From the NCBI GenBank assembly GCA_965221775.1, contig CBDCSU010000004.1:512001-576000 (forward strand): DNA of 64,000 nt, in the 5' to 3' direction. The position numbers and the translations under genes were made by a program. Below the pieces are notes generated by a model that saw nothing but the letters and a program-made list of their open reading frames with translations, had not been told where the DNA came from and made no database searches. The DNA comes from Candidatus Latescibacterota bacterium. GTDB lineage: Bacteria > Latescibacterota > UBA2968 > UBA8231. Of this stretch, positions 39,401 through 59,393 are shown piece after piece. The stretch's first letter is position 1. Each line of letters starts with the position of its first letter.

Positions 39401-39718
39401 CTATTGAGAATCGATCATCTCGCCGCTGCGGGCAGCGACCCGGACACTGCGGCCGTCGTCGAGGGGTCGCCGCCGCACTCGGGTGGGCGCATCGGTCTTC
39501 GGATCGACGACCATGACGTTGGAGATGTGGATCGAGGCTTCGCGCTCGACGATCCCACCCTGTGGATCACGCTGCGTGGGCTTTGTGTGCTTCTTCATCA
39601 TGCGCACGCCTTCGACGATAACGCGGTCCTTCTCGGGAAGAACGCGCAGCACGCGGCCTCTCCGGCCCTTGTCGTTGCCGCAGATGATCAGGACCGTATC
39701 GTCCTTCTTGACATTCAT
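39401..39718 (-). CDS. rplX: 50S ribosomal protein L24
   Basis: [26 protein letters not shown]. Confidence 0.96.
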   Translation of the reverse strand: MNVKKDDTVLIICGNDKGRRGRVLRVLPEKDRVIVEGVRMMKKHTKPTQRDPQGGIVEREASIHISNVMVVDPKTDAPTRVRRRPLDDGRSVRVAARSGEMIDSQ

Positions 39719-39720
39719 CT

Positions 39721-40089
39721 CTACACCACTTCGGGCGCGAGGGAAACGATGCGCATGAACTGCCGATCCCGGAGTTCGCGCGCCACGGGGCCGAAGATGC
39801 GCGTCCCCCGGGGCTCGTTGTTCTGATCCAGGAGGACGGCGGCGTTCTCGTCGAAGCGGATGTACGACCCGTCTGGCCGCCGGAACTCTTTCTTCGTGCG
39901 CACCACCACCGCCCGGGACACCTCCCCCTCCTTCAGTGGCCCGTTCGGGATCACGTCGTGGACAGCTACCACCACGAGATCGCCGACGCCGGCGTAGCGG
40001 CGCCGGGTGCCGCCGAGGACACGGATGCAGTTGGCCTTGCGGGCGCCGGCGTTGTCGGCCATGCGCAGGACGGAGTACTCCCGGACCAT
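39721..40089 (-). CDS. rplN: 50S ribosomal protein L14
   Basis: [37 protein letters not shown]. Confidence 0.98.
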   Translation of the reverse strand: MVREYSVLRMADNAGARKANCIRVLGGTRRRYAGVGDLVVVAVHDVIPNGPLKEGEVSRAVVVRTKKEFRRPDGSYIRFDENAAVLLDQNNEPRGTRIFGPVARELRDRQFMRIVSLAPEVV

Positions 40090-40092
40090 GGC

Positions 40093-40356
40093 TCAGCCCG
40101 CCTTCTCGAGGATTTCGACCAGGCGCCAGCGCTTGGTCTTGCTCATGGGCCGGCACTCGCGAATGCGGACGATGTCTCCCACGCCGGACTCGTTGCCCTC
40201 GTCGTGGGTCACGGCCTTCGTGGTCCGCGAGATCCCCTTGCCGTACAGCCGGTGGGATGAGCGGATCTCTATGGCGACGACTCGCGTCTTCTCGGTGCTG
40301 GCCTTGAGAACGCGGCCCTCTGCCAGTCGTCCTCCGTAAGTACTCCGCTCCGCCAT
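40093..40356 (-). CDS. rpsQ: 30S ribosomal protein S17
   Basis: HDE-N, GDIVRIRECRPMSKTKRW. Confidence 0.95.
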   Translation of the reverse strand: MAERSTYGGRLAEGRVLKASTEKTRVVAIEIRSSHRLYGKGISRTTKAVTHDEGNESGVGDIVRIRECRPMSKTKRWRLVEILEKAG

Positions 40357-40363
40357 CGATTCC

Positions 40364-40603
40364 TCAGGCTGGTTGTGCGTCGGCATCGGCATCGCCGCTC
40401 GCCAAGGGCCGGATCCCCGCCGTGTCTTCCTTGAGCAGGGTGCGTACCCGGGCGATCTCCCGGCGCACCTGGCGAAGCCGGATGGGGCTGCTCAGCTGGC
40501 CCAGGGTGTGCTGGAAGCGCAGGTTGAAGCTCTCTTCTTCCAACTCCTCGAGCCGGGTGCTCAGTTCCTCGGCGCTCTGCTCTCTCAGCTCACTCGCCTT
40601 CAT
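40364..40603 (-). CDS. rpmC: 50S ribosomal protein L29
   Basis: [23 protein letters not shown]. Confidence 0.96.
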   Translation of the reverse strand: MKASELREQSAEELSTRLEELEEESFNLRFQHTLGQLSSPIRLRQVRREIARVRTLLKEDTAGIRPLASGDADADAQPA

Positions 40604-40610
40604 GGGATCC

Positions 40611-41021
40611 TCAACCGAGACGTTCGACGAACTTGGTCTTGATCGGCAGTTTGTGACCCGCTCGGCGCAGGGCCTCCTTGGCCATATCCGGAGTCACACC
40701 CGACAACTCGAACATCACTCTCCCGGGCCTGACCACGGCGACCCAGTCCTCGGGGGCACCCTTGCCCTTCCCCATGCGTGTCTCGGCCGGCTTCTTCGTC
40801 AGCGGCTTGTCCGGGAAGATGCGGATCCACAGCTTGCCGGTTCGGCTCATGGCCCGGCTGATGGCCACACGGGCCGCCTCGATCTGGCGGCTCGTGACCC
40901 AGCCCGGCTCCACGGCTTTCAACCCGAACTCTCCGAAGGAGACCAGCGCTCCGCCCTTCGTCTGTCCACGCATGCGTCCCCGGGACTGCTTGCGCCACTC
41001 GACCTTCTTCGGCATCAACAT
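40611..41021 (-). CDS. rplP: 50S ribosomal protein L16
   Basis: RQIEAAR, RIFPDKP, RMGKGKG, KLPIKT. Confidence 0.98.
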   Translation of the reverse strand: MLMPKKVEWRKQSRGRMRGQTKGGALVSFGEFGLKAVEPGWVTSRQIEAARVAISRAMSRTGKLWIRIFPDKPLTKKPAETRMGKGKGAPEDWVAVVRPGRVMFELSGVTPDMAKEALRRAGHKLPIKTKFVERLG

Positions 41022-41054
41022 GGGGTCTTCGCTCTCTTGCCCTTCCCGCTCCCG

Positions 41055-41711
41055 TCAAGCCTGTTGCGGCTCTTCCTCGGCCTCGTCCACGACCTCGCCG
41101 TGGCAGATCCACACCTTGACACCCACCGTACCGGAAACGGTGAAGGCCGTGGACCGGGCGAAATCGATGTCGGCCCGGAGGGTGTGGAGCGGCACCCGCC
41201 CCGCTGGTTCCGAGCGCTCACGACGCGACATCTCGGAGCCGCCGATGCGGCCGGCGCACTCGATGCGGATCCCCTCGGCCCCCATGCGCATGGAAGAGGC
41301 CACCGACTTCTTGATGGACCGGCGGAAGGCAACCCTCTGCTCGAGCTGACGAGCGAGGTTGTCGGCTACCAACTGGGCATCGAGCTCCGGCTTCTTGACC
41401 TCCTGGATATTGAGAGTTACGTCCTTCTGGGTCAGAGTCTTCAACTCGTCCCGGAGCTTGTCGACCTCGGCGCCGCGGCGGCCGATGGCGATGCCCGGCC
41501 TCGCCGTGTGCACCTCGATGGTGACCCGCTTGGGGTGGCGCTCAATGTTGACACGGGATACCCCGGCGCGCTGAAGGCGCTGGCGGATGTAGCGCCGCAG
41601 GGTGATGTCCTCGCCCAGCAGTCCGGAGAAATCCCGCTCCGCGAACCAGTTCGAACTCCAGCTCTTGATGATCCCCAGGCGCAGTCCATAGGGATGTGTC
41701 TTCTGACCCAA
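41055..41711 (-). CDS. rpsC: 30S ribosomal protein S3
   Basis: GQKTHPYGLRLG, ARPG-IGRRG, GRVPLHTLRADID, GVKVWI; TTG start. Confidence 0.97.
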   Translation of the reverse strand: MGQKTHPYGLRLGIIKSWSSNWFAERDFSGLLGEDITLRRYIRQRLQRAGVSRVNIERHPKRVTIEVHTARPGIAIGRRGAEVDKLRDELKTLTQKDVTLNIQEVKKPELDAQLVADNLARQLEQRVAFRRSIKKSVASSMRMGAEGIRIECAGRIGGSEMSRRERSEPAGRVPLHTLRADIDFARSTAFTVSGTVGVKVWICHGEVVDEAEEEPQQA

Positions 41712-41724
41712 GGTGGTTCCTTCC

Positions 41725-42156
41725 TTACTCGTCCTCGGAGGGGGCGACCTCTTCGGTCTCCCCATCTGATACGGACACCGCCGCCGGCACCTCCTGGCGG
41801 CCATCGGAAACGACGATGGTGAGGTGGCTCTGACGCTTCAGGATCCGGTTGGCGGCACCCCGGGCGCGGGGCCGAAGCCTCTTGAGGGTGCGGCCTTCGT
41901 CGGCGTACACACGCTGGACGAACAACTCCTCCACATCCACTGCAGGAGGTGCGTCGGCCTCCTCCTCTTCGTCCCGGACCGTGGCGTTGGCGATGGCGGA
42001 CCGCAAGGTCTTCTCGGCGACGCGGGCGGCGAGGCGGGGCGAGAACTGTAGAATCGCCAGAGCCTCCTCCACCGGTTTGCCCCGGATCAGGTCGATGACC
42101 TGGCGCATCTTGGTGGCCGGAATGCCGATATGCCTGTGTACGGCGCGCGCTTCCAA
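41725..42156 (-). CDS. rplV: 50S ribosomal protein L22
   Basis: KMRQVIDLIRG, SAIANA, RPRARG, SHLTIVV; acidic insertion and tail. Confidence 0.96.
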   Translation of the reverse strand: MEARAVHRHIGIPATKMRQVIDLIRGKPVEEALAILQFSPRLAARVAEKTLRSAIANATVRDEEEEADAPPAVDVEELFVQRVYADEGRTLKRLRPRARGAANRILKRQSHLTIVVSDGRQEVPAAVSVSDGETEEVAPSEDE

Positions 42157-42444
42157 CTATCGAACCCCGGTGGTGCGCTCGCTGGCTCGCCCCCCGTGAC
42201 TGCGGAAGGTCCGGGTCGGAGCGAATTCGCCGAGCTTGTGTCCCACCATGTTTTCGGTGATGTAAACGGGGATGAACTTGCTGCCGTTGTGTACAGCCAG
42301 GGTGTGGCCCACGAAGTCGGGAGTGATCGTGGAACGCCTCGACCAGGTTCGCAGGACCTTTCGGTCCCCCGTCTTGTTCATCGCCTCGATCTTCTGGGAG
42401 AGATGATCGTCGACGAAGGGGCCTTTCTTGATCGATCGCGCCAC
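42157..42444 (-). CDS. rpsS: 30S ribosomal protein S19
   Basis: [25 protein letters not shown]. Confidence 0.98.
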   Translation of the reverse strand: MARSIKKGPFVDDHLSQKIEAMNKTGDRKVLRTWSRRSTITPDFVGHTLAVHNGSKFIPVYITENMVGHKLGEFAPTRTFRSHGGRASERTTGVR

Positions 42445-42459
42445 TTCCTCTTCCTCCCG

Positions 42460-43296
42460 TTACCTTCGGTTCCGCCTGCGCACGATCCAGGCGTTGGACG
42501 CCTTCTTGCGCTTTCGAGTCTTGTACCCCTTGGTCGGCTTGCCCCACGGCGTGACGGGGTGGCGCCCTCCGGAGGACTTGCCTTCGCCTCCGCCGTGGGG
42601 GTGATCGACGGGATTCATGACCACGCCCCGGACCTTCGGCCGCCGGCCGAGCCAGCGGGCGCGACCGGCCTTGCCCAGCAACACGTTCTGATGGTCGATG
42701 TTCCCGACCTGGCCGATCGTGGCGTGGCAGGTGCTCAGAACCTCCCGGATCTCACCCGAGGGCAGGCGAAGCTGGACCCGCTCATCCTCCTCGTCCCGCC
42801 CCATGATCTGCACCTCCGAACCGGCGCTGCGAGCCATCCGTCCACCCTGGCCGGGATTCAACTCCACGTTGTGGACCGTCGTGCCCACCGGAATCCGGGA
42901 CAGTGGCAGCGCGTTGCCTAGGGCGATGGGTGCATCGGCTCCGGCCTGCACGACGGCCCCCACGGACAGCCCGTTCGGGGCCAGGATATAGCGCCTGTCG
43001 CCGTCGCGGTAGATGACCAGGGCGATGAAGGCGGAGCGGTTCGGATCGTATTCGACGCTCGCCACCCGGCCCGGCACGCCGTGATTCTCGCGGCGGAAGT
43101 CGATGCGGCGGTAGCGCCGCTTGTGCCCGCCGCCCCGCCGCCGCGCGGTGATTCGTCCGCGACTGTTCCGCCCCCCGGACTTGGTGAGGGGCGCAGTGAG
43201 GGACTTCTCCGGCCGGTCGGCGGTGATCTCGGCGAAAGCGTTTACCGACTTGAAGCGCTGTGTCGGCGTGACGGGTCGGAACCTCTTGATCGGCAT
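42460..43296 (-). CDS. rplB: 50S ribosomal protein L2
   Basis: [28 protein letters not shown]. Confidence 0.98.
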   Translation of the reverse strand: MPIKRFRPVTPTQRFKSVNAFAEITADRPEKSLTAPLTKSGGRNSRGRITARRRGGGHKRRYRRIDFRRENHGVPGRVASVEYDPNRSAFIALVIYRDGDRRYILAPNGLSVGAVVQAGADAPIALGNALPLSRIPVGTTVHNVELNPGQGGRMARSAGSEVQIMGRDEEDERVQLRLPSGEIREVLSTCHATIGQVGNIDHQNVLLGKAGRARWLGRRPKVRGVVMNPVDHPHGGGEGKSSGGRHPVTPWGKPTKGYKTRKRKKASNAWIVRRRNRR

Positions 43297-43312
43297 CGGG
43301 GAGTCTCGCCTT

Positions 43313-43600
43313 TCAGAGGTTCTCGATGAGTTCGATGGACTCGCCGGCCCTGAGCTTCACGTAAGCCTTCTTCCAAGCCGACGTGCGGCCCTGGAAGAAG
43401 CCCTGGCGCTTCGGCTTCCGGCGGACGGAGACCACACGGACGGCCTCGACCTTGACGTCGAAGACCGACTCCACAGCGCGGCGGATCTGCACCTTGTTGG
43501 CCCGCGAGTCGACCCGAAAGGTGTACACGTTGGAATCGCGCAGGACCGTTGCCTTCTCGGTGATCACTGGATTCCGGAGGATGCCCCGTATCCCTGCCAT
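43313..43600 (-). CDS. rplW: 50S ribosomal protein L23
   Basis: PVITEKA, ANKVQI, WKKAYV. Confidence 0.97.
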   Translation of the reverse strand: MAGIRGILRNPVITEKATVLRDSNVYTFRVDSRANKVQIRRAVESVFDVKVEAVRVVSVRRKPKRQGFFQGRTSAWKKAYVKLRAGESIELIENL

Positions 43601-43603
43601 TGC

Positions 43604-44263
43604 CTAGTCCTTCTCCCCTTCCGGGCCGGCAGGGTCTCCGTGCACGGCAGCCAGGGCGTCGACGGCCTCCCGGGTCAGCAAGAGGGCTTGGGCGGCTAGA
43701 ACCTCGTACGTGCCGAGAGTCGAAGCGGACCGCACCAACACACCCGGGATGTTGCGGCCCGATTTGGCGAGGACGGACTCGTTGGCGGCCGTCACGAAGA
43801 GCACCTTCTGCCCCTGGAGACCGCAGGCGCCGAGCATGGCGGCGAAGGACTTCGTGCTGGGTCCGGTCAGCTTGAAGCCTTCCACCACGTGGACCTGACC
43901 GTCCCGGCCCTTGGCGGTCAGCACCGAGCGCAAGGCCTGGCGCCGAACCGATCGCTGCAACCGCCGGCGATAGAGACGGCTCTTGGGCAGGCCAAAGGCC
44001 ACCCCGCCACCCCGAAGCAGGTTGGTCGTCACCGAGCCGCGCCGGGCTTGACCCGTGCCCTTCTGGCGGTGGTGCTTGCGCTTGGAGCGACGAACCTCCG
44101 ACCGGCCTTTCACCGAAGCGTTCCCCTGCCGCTGGTTGTTCTCGTAGGTCACCACGGCCTGGTGCACCGCCACCTCGGAGACAGGGGCCTCGAAGAGCTC
44201 CGCCGGCAAGTCCACCGAACCCGACCTCTCACCACTGGCGTTGAGAACGTCGACGGAAGGCAT
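43604..44263 (-). CDS. rplD: 50S ribosomal protein L4
   Basis: RQGNA, RSEV, RQKGTG-ARRGS, GGGVAFG, SGRNIP; ATG 2 nt after the rpsJ stop. Confidence 0.96.
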   Translation of the reverse strand: MPSVDVLNASGERSGSVDLPAELFEAPVSEVAVHQAVVTYENNQRQGNASVKGRSEVRRSKRKHHRQKGTGQARRGSVTTNLLRGGGVAFGLPKSRLYRRRLQRSVRRQALRSVLTAKGRDGQVHVVEGFKLTGPSTKSFAAMLGACGLQGQKVLFVTAANESVLAKSGRNIPGVLVRSASTLGTYEVLAAQALLLTREAVDALAAVHGDPAGPEGEKD

Positions 44264-44265
44264 GC

Positions 44266-44574
44266 TCAGACCTTGATATCGATGCCGATGCCGGCGGGCA
44301 GGTCGAGCTTCATCAGCGAGTCCACCGTCTGCGGCGTCGACTCGTAAATGTCGATGAGCCGCTTGTGGACGCGCGTCTCGAACTGCTCCCGCGACTTCTT
44401 GTCCACGTGCGGCCCCCGCAACACGGTGTACACGGTACGCTGAGTGGGCAGTGGAACAGGACCCGCGATCCGGGCGCCGCTGCGCCGCACGGTCTGGACG
44501 ATCTCGTCCACCGAGCGGTCGAGGGCCGCGTGGTCGTAGGCCTTGAGCCGGATGCGGATCCTGTCGACGGCCAC
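44266..44574 (-). CDS. rpsJ: 30S ribosomal protein S10
   Basis: [29 protein letters not shown]. Confidence 0.98.
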   Translation of the reverse strand: MAVDRIRIRLKAYDHAALDRSVDEIVQTVRRSGARIAGPVPLPTQRTVYTVLRGPHVDKKSREQFETRVHKRLIDIYESTPQTVDSLMKLDLPAGIGIDIKV

Positions 44575-44589
44575 GAAGGGTCTCCCGCG

Positions 44590-45780
<1,191 letters not shown>

Positions 45781-45839
45781 CTTGGTTCTTTCCTCCCTCG
45801 GGTCTGCTTGCGCGCTTGGGCGCTGGGTCTGGGTCGTTC

Positions 45840-47936
45840 TTAGGCCTTGGCTTCCTCGGTGCCGCGAATCCGGGCGACGATCTCCTCCATCACCGACCGC
45901 GAGACCTCGCGGAAGTTGGCGAACTGGAGGGTGAAGACGCCGCGCCCCTGGGTGAGGGAACGCAGCCGCGTCGCATATCCGAAGGTCTCGGCCAGCGGCA
46001 CCTTGGCACTGACCACCTGGGCGTCGGAGCGGGGATTGATCCCCGCCACATCGGCGCGGTTGGAATTCAAGTCGCCGATCACATCGCCGAGGTATTGCTC
46101 GGGCACCACCACCTCCAGATCCATGATCGGCTCCATCAGGAAGGGACCGGCCTTGGATGCGCCCTCCTTGAAGGCCATGGAGCCGGCCACCTTGAAGGCC
46201 ATCTCCGAGGAGTCGACCTCGTGGAAGGAGCCATCCAGGAGCTGCACCCTCACGTCGTCGATCGGGTAGCCGGCCACCGGGCCGTTGAGCATGGCCTCCT
46301 GGATTCCCTCCTTGACGGCAGGGACGAACTCCCGCGGCACGGCACCCCCGACGACCTTGTTCTCGAAGACCAGTCCGGTCCCGGGCTCGCCCGGCTCCAA
46401 CAGGAGCTCCACGTGGCCGTACTGGCCTCGCCCTCCCGACTGCCTGACGAATCGGCCCGTGGCCTCCACTGACCTGCGCAGGCCTTCCTTGTAAGCCACC
46501 TGCGGCCGGCCGACATTGGCCTCGACCTTGAAGTCCCGGAACAGGCGGTCCACGAGGATCTCCAGGTGCAGCTCGCCCATACCGGAGATCACCGTCTGAG
46601 CCGTGTCGGGATCGACGCGGACCTGGAAAGTGGGATCCTCTTCGGCCAGCTTGGCCAAGGCCCCCTGAAGAGACTCCTGATCGGCGCGAGTCTTCGGCTC
46701 GATGGCCACGTGAACGACGGGCTTGTCGAACTCGATCTTCTCGAGAACGACCGGATCGGCCTCGTCGCACAGGGTGTCACCGGTGGTGGTATTCTTCAAA
46801 CCCACTACGGCGACGATATCACCTGCGTGCACCCCCCTCTTCTCGGTGCGGTCGTTGGCGTGCATCTCGAGAAGACGGGAGGCCCGCTCCCGGCGGCCGG
46901 TGCTGACATTGTACAGGTAAGACCCGGCCTGGAGAGTGCCGGAATAGACCCGGACGAAGGAGAGACGCCCCACGAAGGGGTCGGTCATGATCTTGAAGGC
47001 CAAGGCCGAGAATGGCTCGTCATCGCGGGGGAGCCGCTCCACCTGCTCCTCCGAGTCGGGCACATGTCCGGAGACGGCGGGGACGTCGGCCGGCGATGGC
47101 AGATAGCTCACGACGGCGTCGAGCAGCTGCTGCACGCCCTTGTACCGGAAGGCCGAGCCACAGGTGACGGGCACCGCCCTGAGAGCGATGGCCGCTCTTC
47201 GCAGGGCGGCCATGATCTCCGCCGGGGCGATCTCGGCGCCCTCGAGGAACTTCTCCAGCAACCCGTCGTCGAAGTCGGCCACGGCCTCGAGGAGCCTCTC
47301 CCGGTACCGAAGGGCCACCTCCATCAGGTCATCGGGGATCTCGCCCTCGTAGAAGTTGGCCCCCAGAGAGGTCTCCTCGTAGGTGATCGCCCGCATCGAG
47401 ACCAGATCGATGAGCCCGTTGAAGGTCTCCCCCGAACCGATGGGGAGCTGAATGGGGACGAAGTTGCTCCCCAGGCGCTCCTCGAGCATCTCCAGGACAC
47501 GGTAAAAGTCGGCCCCGTTGCGGTCCATCTTGTTGACGAAGGCGATGCGCGGGACCTCGTACCGGTCGGCCTGCCGCCAGACCGTCTCCGACTGAGGCTC
47601 GACGCCGCCAACGGCGCAGAACACGCCCACGGCGCCGTCGAGGACGCGCAGTGAGCGCTCGACCTCCGCCGTGAAATCGACGTGCCCCGGCGTGTCGATG
47701 ATGTTGATGCGGTGATCCTTCCACTCGCAGGCCGTGGCCGCCGAGGTAATCGTTATCCCCCGCTCGCGCTCCTGCTCCATCCAGTCCATGGCGGTGTTGC
47801 CGTCGTGGACCTCTCCCATGCGGTGGAGCCGTCCCGTGTAGTACAGGATTCGCTCGGTCGTGGTCGTCTTGCCGGCGTCGATATGGGCGGCGATACCGAT
47901 GTTGCGGGTCTGTTGGATACTGTGCTGGCGGGTCAT
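45840..47936 (-). CDS. fusA: Elongation factor G
   Basis: [34 protein letters not shown]. Confidence 0.99.
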   Translation of the reverse strand: MTRQHSIQQTRNIGIAAHIDAGKTTTTERILYYTGRLHRMGEVHDGNTAMDWMEQERERGITITSAATACEWKDHRINIIDTPGHVDFTAEVERSLRVLDGAVGVFCAVGGVEPQSETVWRQADRYEVPRIAFVNKMDRNGADFYRVLEMLEERLGSNFVPIQLPIGSGETFNGLIDLVSMRAITYEETSLGANFYEGEIPDDLMEVALRYRERLLEAVADFDDGLLEKFLEGAEIAPAEIMAALRRAAIALRAVPVTCGSAFRYKGVQQLLDAVVSYLPSPADVPAVSGHVPDSEEQVERLPRDDEPFSALAFKIMTDPFVGRLSFVRVYSGTLQAGSYLYNVSTGRRERASRLLEMHANDRTEKRGVHAGDIVAVVGLKNTTTGDTLCDEADPVVLEKIEFDKPVVHVAIEPKTRADQESLQGALAKLAEEDPTFQVRVDPDTAQTVISGMGELHLEILVDRLFRDFKVEANVGRPQVAYKEGLRRSVEATGRFVRQSGGRGQYGHVELLLEPGEPGTGLVFENKVVGGAVPREFVPAVKEGIQEAMLNGPVAGYPIDDVRVQLLDGSFHEVDSSEMAFKVAGSMAFKEGASKAGPFLMEPIMDLEVVVPEQYLGDVIGDLNSNRADVAGINPRSDAQVVSAKVPLAETFGYATRLRSLTQGRGVFTLQFANFREVSRSVMEEIVARIRGTEEAKA

Positions 47937-48005
47937 GAGATCAGCGGACGGGTTCAGGCGTGAACGGGATCAAATCGGGACAGATGCAAATCGGATACGG
48001 AGGGA

Positions 48006-48476
48006 CTAGAATCGATAGTGCGCGAAGGCCTTGTTTGCCTCCGCCATACGGTGCACATCGTCCCGGGCCCGGATGGCGCCGCCCTCGCCGTTGGCGGCGG
48101 CGATCAGCTCGTTGGCGAGACGCTCGGCCATGGTGCGCTCGGAGCGCTCCCGGGCGTAGCGGATCAGCCACTTGATCGAGCGGGTGGTGCGCTCTTCGGG
48201 GCGCACCTCCAAGGGCACCTGGAGAGTCTGCGATCCGACACGCCGGGACTTGGTGATGACCATGGGCTTGCAGTTCTCCACCGCCTTGAGAAAGACATCG
48301 AGCCCCTGCTGGTCGGAGCGGCCGGTAACCATGTCGATGGCGGAGTAGAAGATCTGCTCGGCCGTGCTCTTCTTGCCCTGCTTCATCAGGCAGTTGATGA
48401 AGCGCGTCGCCAAGGGATTGTGGAACTTCGGATCGGGCAGGATCTGGCGCTTGACGGCGCGGCGTCTGCGAGACAT
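48006..48476 (-). CDS. rpsG: 30S ribosomal protein S7
   Basis: MSRRRRA, GKKS-A, SRRVG, HRMAEANKAFAHYRF. Confidence 0.98.
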   Translation of the reverse strand: MSRRRRAVKRQILPDPKFHNPLATRFINCLMKQGKKSTAEQIFYSAIDMVTGRSDQQGLDVFLKAVENCKPMVITKSRRVGSQTLQVPLEVRPEERTTRSIKWLIRYARERSERTMAERLANELIAAANGEGGAIRARDDVHRMAEANKAFAHYRF

Positions 48477-48487
48477 GGCGGAGCCCG

Positions 48488-48862
48488 CTAACCCTGTCCC
48501 CTGCGGGCGCCGTACTTGGACCGGCCCTGCTTGCGCTCGGCCACGCCGCTGGCATCGAGGACACCCCGGATGATGTGGTAACGCACCCCGGGCACGTCTT
48601 TCACCCGCCCACCGCGGACCAGGACGATGGAGTGCTCCTGCAGGTTGTTGCCCTCGCCGGGGATGTAGGCCGTGACTTCCTGGCCCGTGGTCAGCCGCAC
48701 CCTGGCCATCTTCCGAAGGGCGGAATTGGGCTTTTTGGGGGTCGTCGTGTAGACGCGCGTACACACCCCGCGACGCTGGGGACACCCTCTTAGGGCTGGA
48801 GAGTCGGTCCGCGATTTGGCCTTTCGGCGGCCCTTGCGGACCAATTGGCTGATGGTGGGCAA
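48488..48862 (-). CDS. rpsL: 30S ribosomal protein S12
   Basis: [31 protein letters not shown]; TTG start. Confidence 0.98.
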   Translation of the reverse strand: MPTISQLVRKGRRKAKSRTDSPALRGCPQRRGVCTRVYTTTPKKPNSALRKMARVRLTTGQEVTAYIPGEGNNLQEHSIVLVRGGRVKDVPGVRYHIIRGVLDASGVAERKQGRSKYGARRGQG

Positions 48863-48974
48863 GAACGGATGCCTCGGGTTGACCTTCGGTGACAATTCCT
48901 TGGGCGAGAAGCGCTTGCGACCGCCGGAAACAGCGGAATCCAAGGGGCGCCATCGCCAAAAACGACAGTCTTAG

Positions 48975-49007
48975 AGTATAGGTATTGGCCCCTGAGTCGT
49001 CAATACC
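48975..49007 (-). promoter_or_regulatory. Sigma70 promoter of the str(-S10-spc-alpha) cluster
   Basis: TTGACG (49003-48998) N17 TATACT (48980-48975); inverted repeat GGTATTG/CAATACC at 48981-49007. Confidence 0.75.
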
Positions 49008-49029
49008 ACATGATGTGGGGGCATGACCA

Positions 49030-53127
<4,098 letters not shown>

Positions 53128-53164
53128 ATCCCTCTCATGCTCGAGTCCGAGGTTTCCGTGAGTC

Positions 53165-56980
<3,816 letters not shown>

Positions 56981-57212
56981 TCTTGCGCTCAAGGCCTGCA
57001 CTCCTTCTTTGGCCGATGCGGCAGGACGGTCAGACCCCGCCGCGATCCATGGGCAAGCTGACGAACCTCCGCCTCTGGTTGGCGGCGGACGTGAACTGGC
57101 GCTTCAAGCGTTGAGAATCGAATGGGACTCGAGCATGGACCTGGCGGGACGGGCACCCGTGTGCCCTGCCACCGGCAGGCCCGCCGGAAGGAAAGCCGTG
57201 GTGAATCGGCCG

Positions 57213-57623
57213 TCACTTGATCTCGACAGTGGCTCCCGCCTCGGTCAGTTTGGCCTGGACTTCCTCCGCCTCCTGCCTGGGCACCGCTTCCTTTACCGCC
57301 TTGGGCGCCTCGTCGACCAAGGCCTTGGCCTCTTTCAGGCCCAGGCTCGTGATCTCGCGAACCACCTTGATCACCTGAATCTTCTTGTCGCCGGCACTCG
57401 TGAGGACGACATCGAACTCGTCCTTCTCCTCCACCGCCTCGCCACCCTCTGCGCCGGCGGGCACCGCCCCGGCCATCATGACCGGAGCCGCGGCGGAGAC
57501 ACCGAACTTGTCCTCCAGTGCCTTGACCAGCTCAGCCAGCTCAAGCACGGTCAGGCCTCCGATGGTCTCGATGATCTCCCCAACCTTGGGGCTCACGCTG
57601 ACTTCCTGTCCTTCCTCGCTCAT
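57213..57623 (-). CDS. rplL: 50S ribosomal protein L7/L12
   Basis: [33 protein letters not shown]. Confidence 0.98.
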   Translation of the reverse strand: MSEEGQEVSVSPKVGEIIETIGGLTVLELAELVKALEDKFGVSAAAPVMMAGAVPAGAEGGEAVEEKDEFDVVLTSAGDKKIQVIKVVREITSLGLKEAKALVDEAPKAVKEAVPRQEAEEVQAKLTEAGATVEIK

Positions 57624-57678
57624 CGCTTTCCTGTCCTCCGCTTTGTGTGTGCTCGTCCTTCAGAAATCGATCGGGGCT

Positions 57679-58227
57679 TCATGCCTCGGAGCCACCCCCG
57701 CCGGCGTCGGTCTCCCTTTGCTGATCAGCGATGGCCGACAGGGCACCCACCAGACCTCGGAGCAGCCCGTAGAGCACGGCCGACAGGCCGTACAGGGGCG
57801 CCTGGACAGATCCGACCACCTGGCCGATCAACTCCTCCCGGGAGGGCAGCTTGGCCAGTTGGGCCACGGCCTCGGCCGTCAGGATCTGACCGTCCACCAG
57901 GCCCGTCTTTATCGCCAGCTTGCCGCCGCCGTCGATGAACTCCTGCAGGATCTTCGCCGGAGCCACGGGATCGTCCTGCACGAAGGCCATGGCCGTGGGG
58001 CCCTCGAGGTACTGATCCAACCCCTGAAGGCCGGCATCGCTCGCAGCCCTCTTGGCGAGGCGGTTCTTCACCACCTGGTACTCCACCCCCGCCCCGCGCA
58101 GGGACCGGCGCAAACGGGTGACGGAGTCCACATCGAGGCCGTGGAAGTCGGCGAGGAAGATGGCATCGGCCTCCGCCATCTTCCTCGCCAGGAGGCTGAC
58201 CGCTTCGGTCTTTTCCGCAGTCGGCAT
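57679..58227 (-). CDS. rplJ: 50S ribosomal protein L10
   Basis: [25 protein letters not shown]. Confidence 0.97.
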   Translation of the reverse strand: MPTAEKTEAVSLLARKMAEADAIFLADFHGLDVDSVTRLRRSLRGAGVEYQVVKNRLAKRAASDAGLQGLDQYLEGPTAMAFVQDDPVAPAKILQEFIDGGGKLAIKTGLVDGQILTAEAVAQLAKLPSREELIGQVVGSVQAPLYGLSAVLYGLLRGLVGALSAIADQQRETDAGGGGSEA

Positions 58228-58228
58228 G

Positions 58229-58930
58229 TCAGGCCGCCAGAGCCGCGGGGTCGATGCGGATGCCGGGCCCCATCGTCGAAGACAACACGGCCTTGCGGAT
58301 GAACTGGCCCTTGGCCGACGACGGCCGGGACCGCAGAATGGCATCCGAGAAGGCGCGGGCGTTCTCCACGAGAGCGGTTTCCTCGAAGGAAACCTTGCCG
58401 ATGGGCGCCTGGGCGTTGTTTCCGGACTTGTTGTCGGCGCGGAACTCGACTCGCCCCGCCTTGGCCTCGGCGACTGCCTGGGAAACTTCGCGAGTCACCG
58501 TCCCGGTCTTCGGATTGGGCATCATCCCCCGGGGGCCCAGAATCCTGCCGAGCCGGCCCACCTGGCCCATCATGTCGGGAGAAGCGATGACGAGATCGAA
58601 ATCGAGCCATCCCTTCTGGATCTGTTCGATGAGGTCGGCGCCCCCCACGTGATCGGCCCCAGCCTCTTCTGCCTGGGTGGCCAACTCTCCTTGGGTGATG
58701 ACCACCACCCGGATCTCCTTGCCCGTGCCGTGAGGCAGCATGACCGTCCCGCGAATGGCCTGCTCCGCCTGGCGCCCGTCGATGCCCAGGTGGAATCCGA
58801 GTTCCACGGTTTCGTCGTACTTCCGTTGGGGAAAGGACTTCAACAGGCCCACGGCCTGTTCGAGGGGTAGGGGCTCGGTCCTGTCGTACATCTCGACCGA
58901 TTCCCGGAACTTGCGGCTTCTCCTGCCCAT
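58229..58930 (-). CDS. rplA: 50S ribosomal protein L1
   Basis: [33 protein letters not shown]. Confidence 0.98.
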   Translation of the reverse strand: MGRRSRKFRESVEMYDRTEPLPLEQAVGLLKSFPQRKYDETVELGFHLGIDGRQAEQAIRGTVMLPHGTGKEIRVVVITQGELATQAEEAGADHVGGADLIEQIQKGWLDFDLVIASPDMMGQVGRLGRILGPRGMMPNPKTGTVTREVSQAVAEAKAGRVEFRADNKSGNNAQAPIGKVSFEETALVENARAFSDAILRSRPSSAKGQFIRKAVLSSTMGPGIRIDPAALAA

Positions 58931-58949
58931 GTGACCTCCTTGCAGTCGC

Positions 58950-59375
58950 TCAGGCCTCGACGATGAGCCCCATGCTGCGCGCGGTGCCAGCGATCATGAG
59001 GGCCGCAGCCTCCACGTCGTTGGCGTTGAGATCTTCCATCTTGATCTCGGCGATCTCGCGCAACTGGGCATGCGTCACGGTCCCCACCTTGTCGCGGTTC
59101 GGCACTCCCGAGCCTTTGTCGATCCCCGCCGCCCGCTTCAGCAGCGTCGAGGCAGGCGCGGTCTTGGTGATGAAGCTGAAGCTGCGGTCGGCGAAGACGG
59201 TGATGACCACCGGAATGAGCAGCCCCTGCTTGTCCTGGGTCTGGGCATTGAAGGCCTTGCAGAACTCCATGATGTTGACGCCGTGCTGGCCAAGGGCCGG
59301 GCCGACAGGGGGCGTGGGGTTGGCGGAGCCCGCAGGAATCTGCAGCTTGATCTGGGCCAGTTCTTTCTTCGCCAT
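58950..59375 (-). CDS. rplK: 50S ribosomal protein L11
   Basis: [28 protein letters not shown]. Confidence 0.98.
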   Translation of the reverse strand: MAKKELAQIKLQIPAGSANPTPPVGPALGQHGVNIMEFCKAFNAQTQDKQGLLIPVVITVFADRSFSFITKTAPASTLLKRAAGIDKGSGVPNRDKVGTVTHAQLREIAEIKMEDLNANDVEAAALMIAGTARSMGLIVEA

Positions 59376-59393
59376 CGGCGTTCCGTCTCTCCG

